A DNA stretch of 64,000 bases from assembly GCA_001949185.1 (NCBI GenBank), contig BDGG01000004.1:707620-771619 (forward strand). Reading direction: 5' to 3'. Under the pieces are notes generated by a model, which made no database searches, was not told where the DNA came from, and worked only from the letters and a program-made list of their open reading frames with translations. Position 1 is the stretch's first letter, and each line of letters starts with the position of its first letter. Source of the stretch: Ramazzottius varieornatus. Its lineage: Eukaryota > Animalia > Tardigrada. This document shows, piece by piece, positions 1 through 15,000 of this stretch. A program made the position numbers and the translations under genes.

Positions 1-3000
1 GCTTCTTGGCCGAAACGCTCATGATGGTGTTGGATTTCTTGCGGCTCGGGAGTGAGCGCGAGCCGTGACTCTTCCTTCCGGATGACATGACCGAACCGGA
101 AAGCGACATCATGCCCGAAGCTCCATCGATTATCTCATGCAGGAAGTACGGCGAGCTGGTGTACTGCTTCAACAACCGGATCTCCTTGGAAATCATTCGC
201 AGCTTCTCAAAGTTGATCAGGTCTCCGTCGTACGAGTCATTTCCCTCATGGAGAAAGGTCAGATCTTTCCTACAAAAAAATTTACAAAGGTGAGACAATC
301 TTCCAAGATATTGTATATAAGATAAATATAAGATTAAATATAAGTATAAATATAAAATACAAGATGGGAAGCCGGCAAACAAAATGTACAAGATCGTCGT
401 CTTGAGCGGCGCACGCTTTCTCTGAGCAGATAACAATGAGAACGTGCGCCAGTTGGGAAGCCAACGCTGCCGCGTAAGTTTGCCGTCCTCCCGAACAATT
501 TTGAAATTTCGGCGGAGTAATTCTCCTGATTTGGCGATTCGATCTTTTACCTGACAACGGGGTAGAACGGGATGACCGGGGGTGTAGGTGCCCACTTCGC
601 CAAGAGCTGCCTGTACTTGTTCATGTTCCTCGATGGATCCATCAACATACTCAGACTTTCGAAGATCTTCATGTACTTTCCGCCCACCCTATCCCACGTC
701 TGCTTCAACCTCGCCACACAACCATGGTTCAAGCCGGACAGGATCGCGAAACACGAGTTGATATTCTTTGCTTCATGGAGATACCTAGACAGATCAACCC
801 AGTTAGCATAACATGAAAATTAATGGAAGCTTGGTGAACAAACTGGAAAAGATTGTTTTTCCAAGTGGCGCACGTTTTTAGTGTTATTCGCGAAAAGCGT
901 GCGCCACTTACAGAAACGATCTCGTTGAGTTGGTTCGCCGAGGTCCGAATGGGGTAAATTTAGTTTTGATGAATTCTTACTTTGCAATTTTGATGAAATG
1001 TTTGACGATCTTGACTCTCCTAACCAAGTTACTCTCCCCGCAGACTTCCGTGATGACCCAGAACATTTCTCGATTCACCACATTCTCAAACTTGTGTAGT
1101 GGGGAATCGGGGTTGTTATCAGGTCTCAGGCTAAAGAGTTCCTCAATGTAGTCGGTGGCGACGATCTGTTTGAAGATGGCGAAGTCTTGGAGGGTTAGCT
1201 GGGCGGCTAGTTCAACTGTGTTCAGTTGGAGGAGTGAGATCTGGGATTCCCGCCAGATGTCGGGTGCAATATCATCGGCTACGAGTGTTTCTTGCAGGCG
1301 GTTGTTCTTCAGGTAGTAACGACCGTTCAGAGGAATACTGTCAGCTAAGTTGGCGATCTCGTCGGGAAGACGGCGTTGCTTTATCACATTTTGTGCTTCC
1401 ACCGAAACCTAAAATGCCAAATCATGAGTAAGCGCAAAACTAAAAGCTTCAGTCGGTTTTTTATTGTGAAAAAGAATCGTGAAGGCAGCTTAATGTCGTA
1501 ATCTACGTCGTTTTGGTGGTTGATTCGGCAGAAGTAACATGATTGTAAATTTCGTCCCCATCTTTATGAAGTTTATTGCTTACTGGGCAGCCTATTCTTA
1601 GATTAACCGATCATTATAGACGAAATCGAGCTTGTTCGTATCTTACTTGGCATAAGCAGAAGTTATGGCTGGGTTCATGAATGCCGAACTCTGCCAGCGC
1701 CAGCATCACGACCTCCCGTGCCGTAGTTTCCTTGTGGACGAGGAGGTACTTGCAGGTCTGATCAGCGCCCTTGTACACTTTCAGGACGTGGTCAGGGTAT
1801 TGCGAGCGCCCAGTGTCCTGTTGAACAATGTTGTTACCACTCATGGGCTCTGGTAACAGGCATTCTTGCTTGAAGCCGGCTGTAAGGTCTGGGTTGCTGC
1901 GACTGTGCTGGAGAGGTCGAGGAACCGAAGCGGACGTGAAGACTGAGTTGCCTGTTGGATCCGTACAGATGGCAGCCAGAACTGGCATACCTTCTTCCAC
2001 GTACTCCCTAAACCATACAAACAGTAAGAAACCATCGAATAAATTTGCAAGCTGACACCGAACACATTTAATGACCCAAGAATACATGCAAATTCGAACA
2101 CCGTACTAACTGTACAGCCCACTGTAGGCAGGTTCGTGATGTACTGCTACGTTTGCACATGCATACTCACACATCGTACTAACCGTACAGTTGTGTGTAC
2201 GCAGGTGCGTGACACATCGTTAAAAACTTACGCAGGCAAATCTTTGGCAAGAAGGTTCATCTTCATCAGGGCTTTCTTCAGTCTTGCTTTACTACCGAGC
2301 GTCATGAAGTGTTTCTTGGGTCCATCAACGAACTCTCTCCCGTTTTCCACAGAGGCCGGAAGGGCGTCCTTCTCGAGGACATCCGAGCTGGACAGGCGGT
2401 GCTGTGGTGTGCCCCCAGCGCCCATCCGATGTCGATGGCGGTGCCGCGGGGAGTCAGCAGGTGTGACGAGCATCTCGCGGTAACCCAACAAGTTGCTCTT
2501 GACTGTAATACTGAGGTGAGTGGCGGTCCGCAACACTTCGAGAGCTTTGCTGTGCGTTACGTGCTCAAAGCGGACACCGTTCACTTGGAGGATTTGGTCA
2601 CCTCGCCTGAGACCGAGCTCCTCGGCTTTAGCGCCCTTCTTGACGTCACAGATGAACACTCCGAACCCACGATCCCAACCACCTATCAAAATAACCGTAT
2701 CGTAAAAACTGCAAAGTATTGGGACCTAGGAGAACAAACACGACAAGATGGTTTCCCAAGTGACGCAGGCTTTCAGCCAACCGATCTGAAAACATGCGCC
2801 AGTTGGGAAACGATTTTGTCCAGTTTGTATGCCAAGCTCCCATACTTCATTTATTATATTCGTAATGAATATCTTTTTAATACATTTTTAGTGAGGGTTT
2901 CCGAACTGAAAAACGAACTTATGAAACCGGTTGCTTACCCAAGATGGAGAAGTTAAGGTTTTCTTCGCGAGTGGATCGTGTGAGGGTGATGGTTCGTTGG

Positions 3001-6000
3001 CGGGCTTTGGCCGCACAAGCGATGTGAAGGAGACGAAGCTGGGAGGCTTTCTTGTGCGTTTCTAACGAATACTGGAACTGCTCCAGAAAGGCGATCATGG
3101 CGGGATAGCGCTCAAAATCGATGAAATGATTGTTGACCCACAAAAGCACAATCCGGATGGCCTGTCAACACATTAAAACCATACCCACTTAATAAGTCAT
3201 CCCCCACAAACCGCAAATCACTCCAGGGACTCTATTTCACTAGTATTCGATACCAATATCAACGCATTTCAATACTTCAACATTTTCGAGAAGCACGGCG
3301 GTTCAATTCCAGACTCATCCTGACTTTACGTCCCATTTGTCCACCAAAAACAGAGATCAAGGCTTTGTCTTACGCAACTTACAGTAAACGGACCTCAGTT
3401 TCTATTTCAACGTGCCATATGAGTTATTCTGTCGGAAGTAAATTCGGAATATCGCGAAAAATTCTTACCCGGTCGCGAAGTGTAGTATCGGCGTACCACC
3501 GCATCAGACAGTCTGTAATCTCAATGGGAGACGGTAGGAATGTCCTGTAAGCTAGCAGGAAATCTTCAATATAGAAGGGATCATTCATGGAGTTTTCCTC
3601 CATCAGATGGGCGATTAAGCGTTCGGGTGTTGCCTACAAAGAGAGATGCAAACTAGTTCACTTCCCACTTTACACTTGCCTTGGTCGATTTTTCCAGTTA
3701 GTTATTCTAACCCATCTTTAAGTAATGAAGATGGGATGGGGTTTAGAATTGAGAGTGGGTGGAATACTGTACTTTGATGACGAGAGGACAGCGCCGTGTG
3801 TGTCCAGTCAGGAGCCGATGTTCAATGACCATCACCACTTGCCCCGTCTCATTCTCAATTTTGCGCGTGTGCTCTTCCCCTTGCGACATGATCTCCCAAT
3901 AGTCTTCCTGAGCTACACAGGCAAACTGACAGTCTTCCGTTAGGGTTCGCATCACACCGCGATGGTACAAGGCTTCCATTGTCGGACTGAGTATCCCGTA
4001 ACTGTGAAAAAAATACTTATTATAGCAATCACAAATGAGTACGGTATCCCGATACGAAAACATCCAGATAGACTTCTTTAGAATACTTGGAACATTTAGA
4101 AGATTGTCCGCCAGTTACGCCCATAGACATTGGCTGATCTGATCTCATTTTGACAGCGATGGAATATTGAATGAGACATTGAGATTCTTAATGTTTATCA
4201 CATAGTAAACAAACTATTGAAATTCCTTTCAGTGAACAATCTTCGAGAAGCCTTTCAGGTAACAGGCAATGCTTACCAGTCACCGGCGTGGAGTTGAACC
4301 GAGGTTCTATCGGGATACTTCACTTCGACAGCACCATTGATGATTACCGCCCAAGAATCCAACTTTTCGCCATCGTCCAACACGACGTAGTCTTTCTCTT
4401 CTAACGTCACATACTGCATCTTCTACAATAACACACCAAAGAACCCATCAAATACCACCTTCCTCCATGACTCATCATCTGGTATTCATCTTAACGTTTC
4501 GACCATTAAAATCTTCATCATCGGTAAGCCACACGAAAACAGCCTCATTAAAAATGAACCGACCACGCCGAAATTTTTATTCTTAAAATTAACAGATAAA
4601 ACCACGTACTTCGCATAGTTCTCTCTGAACACTTTGGGTGAAGCCGGCGAAAGCCGGCAGGCGTTGCATGAAGTCCAGCAGGATCTCCATAGCTTCCTTA
4701 TCGAGGCATCTATCGTTAGGCGGCATCTCCAAGGCTTCTCTTACGGTATCACGGAATGTGCAGGAAGATGCCGAAATGGACTCTTCGCCGTCGGCTAGCA
4801 GATCCTACATTGAAATGAAACACATTCCATTATCATATAGAGAAAAGGAATGATGGTGCAAGAGTGAAAGACAGTACCTCGATATTATCGACATCCTCGT
4901 CATCCTCTGAATCGTCGTTGACATCACTGTCCATACCCACAGACGATGTGGAGAGGAGGCTGTCCGAGGTGGTGGAGTGGACTCCGCTGGCTCCTCCATT
5001 GACTGGGGGATGAGTACCGCTAAAGGCTCCACTGGAGGATGTATCGTCAGAGCCGCGGGAGGAGCGGTCCGAGGAAGATAAGTCCATGGTGGAAGCACCC
5101 ATCTATGATAGAGAAAAGCCATTAGGAGCTAAGACTCGAAAGTATTTCACCATTGCGCTTGGAGAGACACTAATCTTCCGGGCAACAATATCCATTTCAT
5201 TGTTTAAAGTCGAACCCTCCATCTATTATCCGCCACTTCCGCTGTCTCGACAACGGCTGGCTCACCACTTTACAAATCAGACTTGTCAAAAATCGCTAAA
5301 AGCATAGTGCGCTCTCAGCAAAAAAAATGAGGCCATTTGTACAAGCAAAAAAGGAGAACATGTGACGTCCTAAAACACTCCCTTAATTCTTCTAGTAGAG
5401 CGTAAAACTAAACGCTCAGAATGTTGAAAGATGGATTCTACCCGGCCCTGGGAGAACGGAAACTCAGATCCATCCACCTCACGTACCTGCATACAACAAG
5501 CCATGCTTGACCTACTGTATCCTTGTATGCAGGTGCGCGAGAAAAAAGAAGGCCTGCTGTACTGGCTATGTCCAACAATGGTCTAACAGAAGAGACGACA
5601 ATTTTTTCGGATTTCTAAAATGCGGCTTCTGAAGGAGGGCGTTTACCTGTACACTGTTATCGCTGAGAAGTCTCCTTCGAGGTTGGCCGCTGTTCCTAGT
5701 CTGGACCGTTACAGGATCCCTCGTTGGACTGTGATGAAGTGTGTAGACATCGCCGCTCATCCTTGGAGGGTCGCGAGCGTTGTAAGAAGAAGGAACGTTG
5801 CTGTAGACCGCTATTCTGGATGCTGCGACATCAGGGTAGTCGACCTGTAAAGACATAAGAAAATTAGTAACGATAGATTATTCGTAAAATGTCTACACTT
5901 CTGAATACCACGACCGTAATCTCGAAAGCGCCTTCAGCTCAGAAATTTTAAACTCTGTTTGCTTGAAGGATTATACGACTTAAAAATGATGGAGATGGTA

Positions 6001-9000
6001 CTGGAAGCCGTTTCCGGCTCGTACCGTCAAGTGTTTTCCGCGGTTGAAATGCAATAAATTCTCGAAAACGATTTGTACGCATGGATCTCGATGCTTGTTG
6101 GAAGATCCACCATAGCTAGAACAAAACTTCAGCTGAAGAAACGGAAACGCAGAAAATGACCACAATTATTACGACACACCGCGAGAGTTTGTCACTTTGC
6201 TCTAATTGCAGAATGACAAACTGCCAACCACACGTAGAAGTTCTAACCTCAATTCAGCTAATTCACAGGTTAATGTATAAATCGAGCGGAGAACTGCTCG
6301 GAAAACTAGACAAGATGGCAGCAGCGCATTAACCGAGGTGTAAAAACAGCTCAAGTCCCACAAAGGCGATCTAAAGCAATGTCATTCAAACACACAGCCA
6401 ATTAATTAATCTTTCTGCCGATCTTATGAAAGGTGTCATTTTGACTTCTGACTTGGCTGTCTTACGGAAGAATCGAAGGAAACGTAACTCCGCACCGTTT
6501 CACTATTTTTCTCATGACTCGAAAACAGAAGAATGGCTGACTTGTTTTGTTCCACATGCGACAATATTTTCTCTGTTCAGAATGTGGCAACAAACAACGT
6601 CCGAACAGTTCATTGGTGGAGAAAAAGACTGTAATTTGAGGATCCTGATGCAGTGGTTATCGAGAAAAAAGCGCAAAGCCGGCAAAAACGATGCCCTGTT
6701 ATTATTTCAGCGGAGAGAAAAAGTGCATTCGGTCACTTTCCGCTTTTTGTCACACTCCGAGTCAGAGTGCTCTTCAATTTCTGCATTCTAGCGCGACACG
6801 CTCCAACCCAATTTGCGGTTACAAAACCTCCGGTAATGGTGGTACTTACAGCTATCATTTCCGATGGCTCCAGAACGAGGCATTCGGTAGTCCGCACTTG
6901 CTCTGGGTCTGCATTCCCGTAACGCTTTCCAAAACTGCAAGAACAAAATAACACTGTTAATTTTCTCGTAGCGTCCACTAGTCCGGTTCATCCGAGAACA
7001 AAACGTCTCTTCGTGACACCAACACCGCAGTCAACACCCTAAATTCCAGAGTATTCGTTAAAGTGGCGAGGCACAGCACATTCAACCACGTGGCCACTAT
7101 TGTGTGGCAAACACCAAACCACGTGAGACTTCGTGATGCCTCGCGCGATTGAATGTGACGTTCTCAAATAGAAATTTTGAGCTGGTTCTAAACGATTTGC
7201 ATGCTCATTTTCGTTAACAGCCCTAGGAAATTATCCTCTGCGAGCACTGAGCCTACAGGTACCCGAATAATTCCAGGAGACGACAAGGCATAATCAGGAA
7301 AAAACACGGAAACATAAGGCCGAGCAGAACTACGAAGAAGACTGCTGTACGAACACTCGGACTGCGTTGTGTTTGCTGTCGAAGAGTCTACACAAAGAAT
7401 AAATCTCGGCCGGAATTCCTGCTCGTGCAGCATTCTAACCTCTGCTCGTCCAACCTTGGTTCAACTTCATGCATGAAAATTCCCTGTAATCATTGACAAA
7501 CACACGAGATAAGGAAAGCATCAAACATCGAGAAGCATCACAAGACAACAAAGCAGATATCGCAGCTGACAACACCTGACAATAACACCCTGGTTTATTC
7601 CCCTTTAACGGGCGGATTCTCACAGTAAAGCACCAGGCGCAAAGATTAGGGGATAGTTCCACTCAGGTGTTGTCTATCCCTATTTCCCTTCAACGAACGG
7701 AGCCGGAAGACGAGAGAGACAAGGAGGGATTATCAGCATCGTGGTGGAAGCTAATTCTCCAAAACCCGTTACGTGTCACACTCACCTCAGAAGCTTTAAA
7801 ACCTTCTTCAGTCGATGCCTTCCAGAGGACTATCCTCCACAATACTGTCCAGATCAGTGAACAGGAACGAAGTCCAGATGTCAAGCAAAGGAAGAAACTT
7901 TAATTAAGCCGACGAGCATGCATATGTCGAAACTCGAAAGAAACACCTGTTGCGTACAGTATCTCACCAGCCGAATGCGCTCAATCAATATTGCTCAATC
8001 AACGCACAGCGGGTTGCAATCCGCGAATATGTCAGCGATGACGACACGTCAGTTTTACCAATCAAAACAATCAATCGCTCGCACTATGAGTATTGTTTGG
8101 TGTTGGCGCAGCTCAGACCGACCAGCGACCCAAAGTTTCCGTTTTCAGCAAGATTTTCTCAGAAATAAACTGACGGATTCCAGCCAAGAATCATTGAATG
8201 CGATATCTAGAGCAAATGAAAGTCTTATACCACAACACTGACTATAAAAATCAGGGCAGTTGTAATGCAATTTAGCAGGCCATAAAGCGTCCAAATGGGA
8301 GTAATAAAGCGTGATGCTATGCGCGTGAATTCTTTCACCCTGACGCACTCTGCTAAGAACGACAAAAGTCAACAATATTCGGCTCGTTTTCTCGAAAATG
8401 AGAGTAATTTCATTGACTGCTGCTACTAGCAATCGAGGTCGAACAACAGCAAAACTGCTCGCAGGCCACGGTTGAAAGTATGGCGTAGGGTGTTACCGTC
8501 TATAGTATGCATGATATGGTCTGCCCATGTGGCTCAGCTGTTGCAATTATAATCTGATTGTCGGTCCTTTGCTTTTCTGCTCTACGGTACTACACGGTTA
8601 TGAGTGTCTGAAGTGTAATCGCTCAGCTACCCGAAGGTGCAGCAAACCAGTAGCTGCTGCGGAGTATGAAGTGCCGTTATTCATGTTAGTCGCTACGGAG
8701 AACCCAGTGGGTTGCCGCATCATGCAAAGACGCTTTCGCTTCGAAACGACGTAACAGCACGTTGCGCTCTGCTACACAACAGCGGCCACTATATCATTTC
8801 CGTCGAGTATTAGGCGGCAAAACGTGGTGTCAGCGCTGTTATCAACCAGCACAAAGCCAAGAAGCGTGCTTGAACAAACGAAAAGAGCTCAAAGGTTCCC
8901 GTCGTTTGTGCAGGTTCTACTGTAGAAATCGGTTAATATTGGAAAGTGCCCTGTACGCGGAGCGTTGATGTTGATGATACTGATCGTATTTGATTACACA

Positions 9001-12000
9001 ATGTACGCTTGGTCTTTGGTGCCGCCGCAGAAACTTTGACTTTCTTTTGACAGAGAAAAGAGTATCTAAAAGACTAGACAGACTGGTTCGATCTCCGAGT
9101 TCGATTTCAATGTGACGGCCCGTTGACCTTGTAGTGAGGAACTGAGTAAAGTTCCTTGTAGCAGCGTCAAGGACACTTCAACGCTATCATCTCTTCATCA
9201 TCTGCTATAAGACTTTCAAGCCAATGAGGCTTGCCACCGTAAAAGCCAGCCACAAGGAAAAGCTGTACGTGCGAGAATCCATGCTTTATTAACGGCTTCC
9301 CTCCTCCTTCTTAACATCCTCGCTATAGCTCCTATCCTGGAAATATTGCATCTTACCCCTGAACTTCCTGGCACCTACAAATCGTGCAAAATGCTTTACG
9401 GCCGGCGAAATCATCGTAGGGGGTTTTCTATCCATATCTCAAGAGCCAAAAATCCAGTACTGATAAGAAGAACACCCGGTGTAGGTTTCCGAGTTCTTTT
9501 GGTCTATGTATGATACAGATGGGCGTGACCGATCGATCGGGAGCCAGACAGATTATAGTTGCTACTTTGCACTTTGCAGAAAAGGCGTCGTATGCAAATG
9601 ACCTCGTCTAATTGCCAGGCTTTCTGCACTGGACGTTGGCTAAAGCAAATAGCGAACTTCGTATCCTGAAGCGGCGATTAAAGCCTGCATCCGTATCTTA
9701 ATAGACACAGACTATCTAATTGCCAAATTGGCTATACAGTCTTTGTTTCAGAATTCAGACTTGAGCGTCGCAGTGGAATGTATTTCGAACTAAGCTTATC
9801 TGACGGAAACAGCTGTAACAACGCCGCACTTGCCACTTCTTGCTTCTTCTCTACTTTTGGCTTCAAATGTTGGTGTGTCCTAAAGCGCAGGCGGGTCAAA
9901 TCCTCTCGGATTAGCAGCTTCATAACAACACGGCACATGAACTGTCCGCATTTCAGGAAGTAACCATTCTAAAACGACCGCTGATTGATACATTTGTGAC
10001 CATATCTACGGGAAATGAGCTCTCTAGAACCGCTTTCTATTTTTTGACATACCTGCAACTACGGAGCTTTTGTAAGAAAAAACTGGTTCGACCTGTAGCT
10101 TACGCACAATAAGACCAAAGATGCACGCTGCGTTGTTTCTCACGGCTCAATTGCAAACGCAGCGACGTATATTTGTGTCAGACATGACAGTCATCTAATA
10201 TAATATTCCATCCAGCTCGCTGATTTAATTATCAATTCGCGGTCAGGGGAAAAAATAGTTCGATGCTTACCGGTGCGTGAAACGATAGTCAGCCCTGAGA
10301 CAGTGCTCAGAACGTTTCAGATTCATCTTTGTAAGGAGGTTAGTCCACTTCGATATTCCACATGATCGGTAAGGGATTGGTTGATTCAGCCAAAGGAATT
10401 ATTGAAACGAGTGTAATGAGAAACGAGGATCTGCGTTCAACCACTAAACGATGGGACATCAGCGCTAATTGCTTGAGACACCGAAATCGGTTGCAGTGAA
10501 GCTTGGCATCAGTCGATGTGGCGTGCGAATAACATGAGAGAAGGTACCACCAGAGTCAAAAGCCGGAAAGCAACACGAAGGAAAAACACTTGCGAGGTGC
10601 AGGTTCGCTTCGCATCAATTCTGACGCTTTCTCAAATGGGTACACGGTACACCGACTGTTAGCGATAAGATAAAGATGGCACGTTCCAAACCGCACGACC
10701 GTTACCAATCCTCAGTTCAAAGCATACGTATCCTTCCATCAGATGCGCTAAACACTCGTATCAAATATGCTCGAGCGTTCCAAAACCCGACACTGTCCGA
10801 TCAAGACCCATTCTTTGATCGCGCAGGTCCTCAACACGTCACAGTAAACACCCACTTGAATGCGTCCACCGTTCATTCGGTCTCCACTCTCGAAAAACAA
10901 GAGGCTTGAAAGAAGATTTTCAAGGTTAGAAATACACGTATCGATCGAAGCCTGAACCGTAATAGTCCATCTCGTGACCGTTCGAGAGAAAGAGAGAAAG
11001 GTATAAGGTTTCCTTCACCAGTGTACCTTTCGAACATGGCTTCTGGCTAAGCTTAGAATGGCATGACGGCTTATTCTATTTTCCGTCAGACTCTCAAGAG
11101 CAAAACCGGCCTGATCTGCGCTTACCTCCTCTACCTCTGTAACATCTCTGTGTACCCCCGTTGTTCCACGCATTGCACTGTAACTCAGAGCAAGCTAGAC
11201 CAACCGGTCCAGCGTCCACCTACTCGTTATATTCGTTCAGGTAATGGCAGGCTCTCTGTCTGACGTTTGACCATCGCTCAGTCCAGTCTTTTCCTCTTCT
11301 CGAATAACGGCAAGAACACAGAGAGGAGACTCGCCATGGTCGACGGAAGAAAGGGCGTGGTCGTCCGGACAGAAATATCAAAATGCACACACGAGCATGT
11401 TTCGGAGATATTGTCCTCTACAGCTTTTCAAACGGAAATCAGGTACGTAGGTCATCTGGCATGGCATAGGTGTAAAACAGACGCGGGTCAGATATCGATT
11501 GAAAACATGACACATCAACCTCACTGAAAACTGTGGAAGTACAAGAGGGCGACGCAGACAAGGGCAGATCGGATTTAAATTACATCAAATTACAGTGCTG
11601 TCTATACCAGTATATACCAGTATATCTATCTAACGAAAGTATGTAAAGATGCTGTATGGATCGGTCTAGCTCTTAGGCCTTTATTCCAGTTCAATTTTGA
11701 TGGAATCAATCAATGCCGTTCTTTGCTGATGAGGGATTATTCCCTGCGCCATCTGTCGTTTCGGTTTTTCGTCTTGAGCGGTTCGTAACAGGTCGAAAGC
11801 TGCTGTACATGTAGCGCCACCTGGGGTGTTAGGCTACAAGCCAAGAACTCGAAGCACTCGGCCACTCGCACAATACCGTACGTGAATTTTGTGTCACTTT
11901 TGGCTCCTCGACTTGATCACTGGCTCGTAAAAATATCCTTACGCAGCAAAAAAAGGTTTTATGGGCGCTTCAAGTGTCCAAACTGGTGAATTAGCTGGTT

Positions 12001-15000
12001 GTTATCTGCGAGCATAAACGTAAACAACGCCTATCTAAGTAGAACCCCGTAATGCATGTAAAGTTCCTCGGAGAAGTTGACAGTTCATTTAATACGTCCT
12101 GAGCTATTCGGGACTGACAGCCCCACACTTTCCTGCTGGCTTCCGCCTCTCACTACAGTTCCTCAAAGCTCGTTAAGCTGTTTCCGCTAAAACTCTGACT
12201 CATGTAAACACTGGATGCAATATTACATAATAAGTCAATCATTTTCGGCACAAAAGGTCCATCAATGGAGATAAGACAATTCAAAATACGCCACTTGCTG
12301 TCATTGAAGCGCTCGATAGTAACCATTCACAGCCAAAATCCTTGCCAGCACAACGCCACTTCCGGCAACAGCTGAACCCCTTAAAGTCATCTGTTGACCA
12401 AGAAAAATACTCGAAGAAAGAAACACATCCCTCAGACCTTGGCGTTTCATAACTTTTCCCACGTCCGTTTGGTCTATGAATTCGTCGAAGTCTTGTGCGG
12501 TTTACCTGCGAGAACTTCTGATTTTGAAACGGAAAGCTTTTTGGAAAAGCACTAATCGAACTGAACAGTTTTGGTGCTCTTGAAGTCGATCTCTGACGTA
12601 CAGTATAGCTGTCCAGTTATGATTGACCACTAGTCACTTTAGCCATCCATCTATTGATCCAAGTTGACGTTTGAATTACGTCGATACAGCCAAAGATTGC
12701 GCAGAAGAGTGCCACACCCATCGTCCTCTCGCAATACGGCAGTTAATTTATACTGAAGGAAGCTGGTTTGAGACAGTAGCCGTCAACTTCATCAAGGTCC
12801 ATCCTCGTCCTTCAAAAGCCCCCTTCAAATCTTCATAGCTCAGCTGGACACTGCCAACAACATACTTAAACTCATCGCATTCTTTTCCTTGTACATTACA
12901 GATTCCACTATCACCCTGAGATTTCTTCGTGCATAAGACACAACAACAGCTGGGTGGAACCGATTCGATACGAAACCAAGAACAAATTTCAGGGGCAACA
13001 TCAGTTTCAGGTAAGAGTACGGCTTGCTGTCAAGCGAGAAGTTCACACCACTTTGACGATCTCGGTTCTGTCTGCACAGATGACATCCATAGCATACCCA
13101 TGTGGCTCCCGTGAGTTTCTGGACGTCTGCATGTGGCCAGTTTGCTACAGTATCACAGCAATTTTAAATTGTAATTGGGGATCCTACCTCAAAGAAGCGC
13201 TACGCTGAAGCGCTTTCCGCCGCTCATGGATAGCTCGATAACGCCGCAACGTGGCGTAGTCCGAGTGACCAAAACCGCTGATATCCGGAGGTGTCGAGTC
13301 GGCCACATCGTAAAGTAGCGGATTTTTCTCCATATTCTAACAAAAAGCTTCTCAGTCCGTCCTTGTAAAGTCCTTACGGCTATCCGAAACTGGTAAGAGT
13401 TTGATGGCACCCAGCAATTTTAATCCAGACAGCAAACAAGAACCCTCAAGTCCACAGGGACAGCTCCCAGTCGGCTTTCCGTTTTTGCATCGTATATCGA
13501 TCAGATGTTGCATATGGAATAGGTAAACAATGCAATCGTATTGCCTCAGACCAGGCGTAACAAGATTATACAGTGTAAGTAGTGCCGGCCAGTCCTTCAC
13601 AACGGCAACTTTTCAAACCACACAAGCCGGCGGACTATATCATCTGAGGGCAAACATCAAAGATGCGCGCGAGGTATCATGCCGTCTTAGGAACACACAC
13701 AACTACTACAATGGGACGTTCGCCTCATTCCAACGCAATGAGACATGCGCCATATCTCCACACAATTCATAAAGGTAACATGTATGCCAAAGACATCAAG
13801 AACGGATCGGATGACACTGTTTATAGAGTCCGAGCTTGTTCATCAAAGGAGGTAAGAAGCGCGGAGCAGTGAAGAACGTGCTGAGAAAAAATGTAGCGGA
13901 CTTCATTCAGTCAAAAATTGAAAGACATCTGCCTCACAGTGACAAAGCCAAGTGCAATTCACCGCCAAAGTGATTGGCGAAAAATAGTTGCGTCTTCATA
14001 CTCCATCTCGACTGGCAACTCTGACACTGCTCGTGGTGGATATCCTGCTGCACACAAGCGCTCATTGCACATTCTACAGGTTTATTCAAACGCGCCGTAC
14101 AGCGAACGTCGACGGAGAGATGATAGCCTATGCAGTGTGCATATTAGCAAGTCAAAATATGCCACTAATCGCTGCCCGACGGAAAATGTTGTGATAAGCG
14201 CTGAGTATATGGTACTTATGCGTTGACATCATTATCATATCTGCCTGCTACTATTAATGATTAAATTCACAACGCAAACATTGCATCTGGTACCCTGCTC
14301 TTTTGATTACAGCAGCGCGAAATACTGTGGTCACCTTCAAGTATTCGAATATTTTAGGGCGTTGTCCCCGTGTGAAACCGATTCACAGTTCGACTAGCTG
14401 ACGCGGTGGGCACAATGATACAGTTTTGGGATTTGACTTTTTTTTGTGCAGGTCATAACTTACAGATATGTTGACATATGTGCGATACATTTCCATAAAT
14501 TGATAAGTCACAAAGAGAGCATCCAGGTCATATTTGCAAAACGCACCAAATCTGCGCCGATCTAGACTGCTGTGTCAATGATACTATCGTCTGACAGAAC
14601 GCCTGGCGCATTCTCATGTCAAATACTGCCAAGTCGACACAAAAATCGTTTGACCATGGATACTGAGTACCAGCCTCTGGTAAGAACGGTGAACCCCTGA
14701 GAACCCAGCTGACAAGACAACGCTAAGGGGGAGCGGAGAATTGCAAATTCACACGCAACAGCCTGCACTTCAATAGTCGGTCAGGATTCTCCCGACAGTG
14801 CCTACAAGCTTCTTCGAGTTCGAAGAACTCTGGCGCGAATACTTTGCAGCTTTAGTCATGGAATGCTTAAGTCGTTCTTGTAAGCTGCCGCACCGTACGT
14901 GCCGCTTGGTAAACGGACATAGAGGGCATAATTCATTGCCGAGGCATATTTTAGCTGGGTGTGAAGTGGGTCTACCTTCACCTCACCTCATGTTGTTGCT

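Noticed and set aside
311-360. AT-rich TAAATATAAG-like short tandem repeat
   Set aside because: Ordinary intronic low-complexity sequence.
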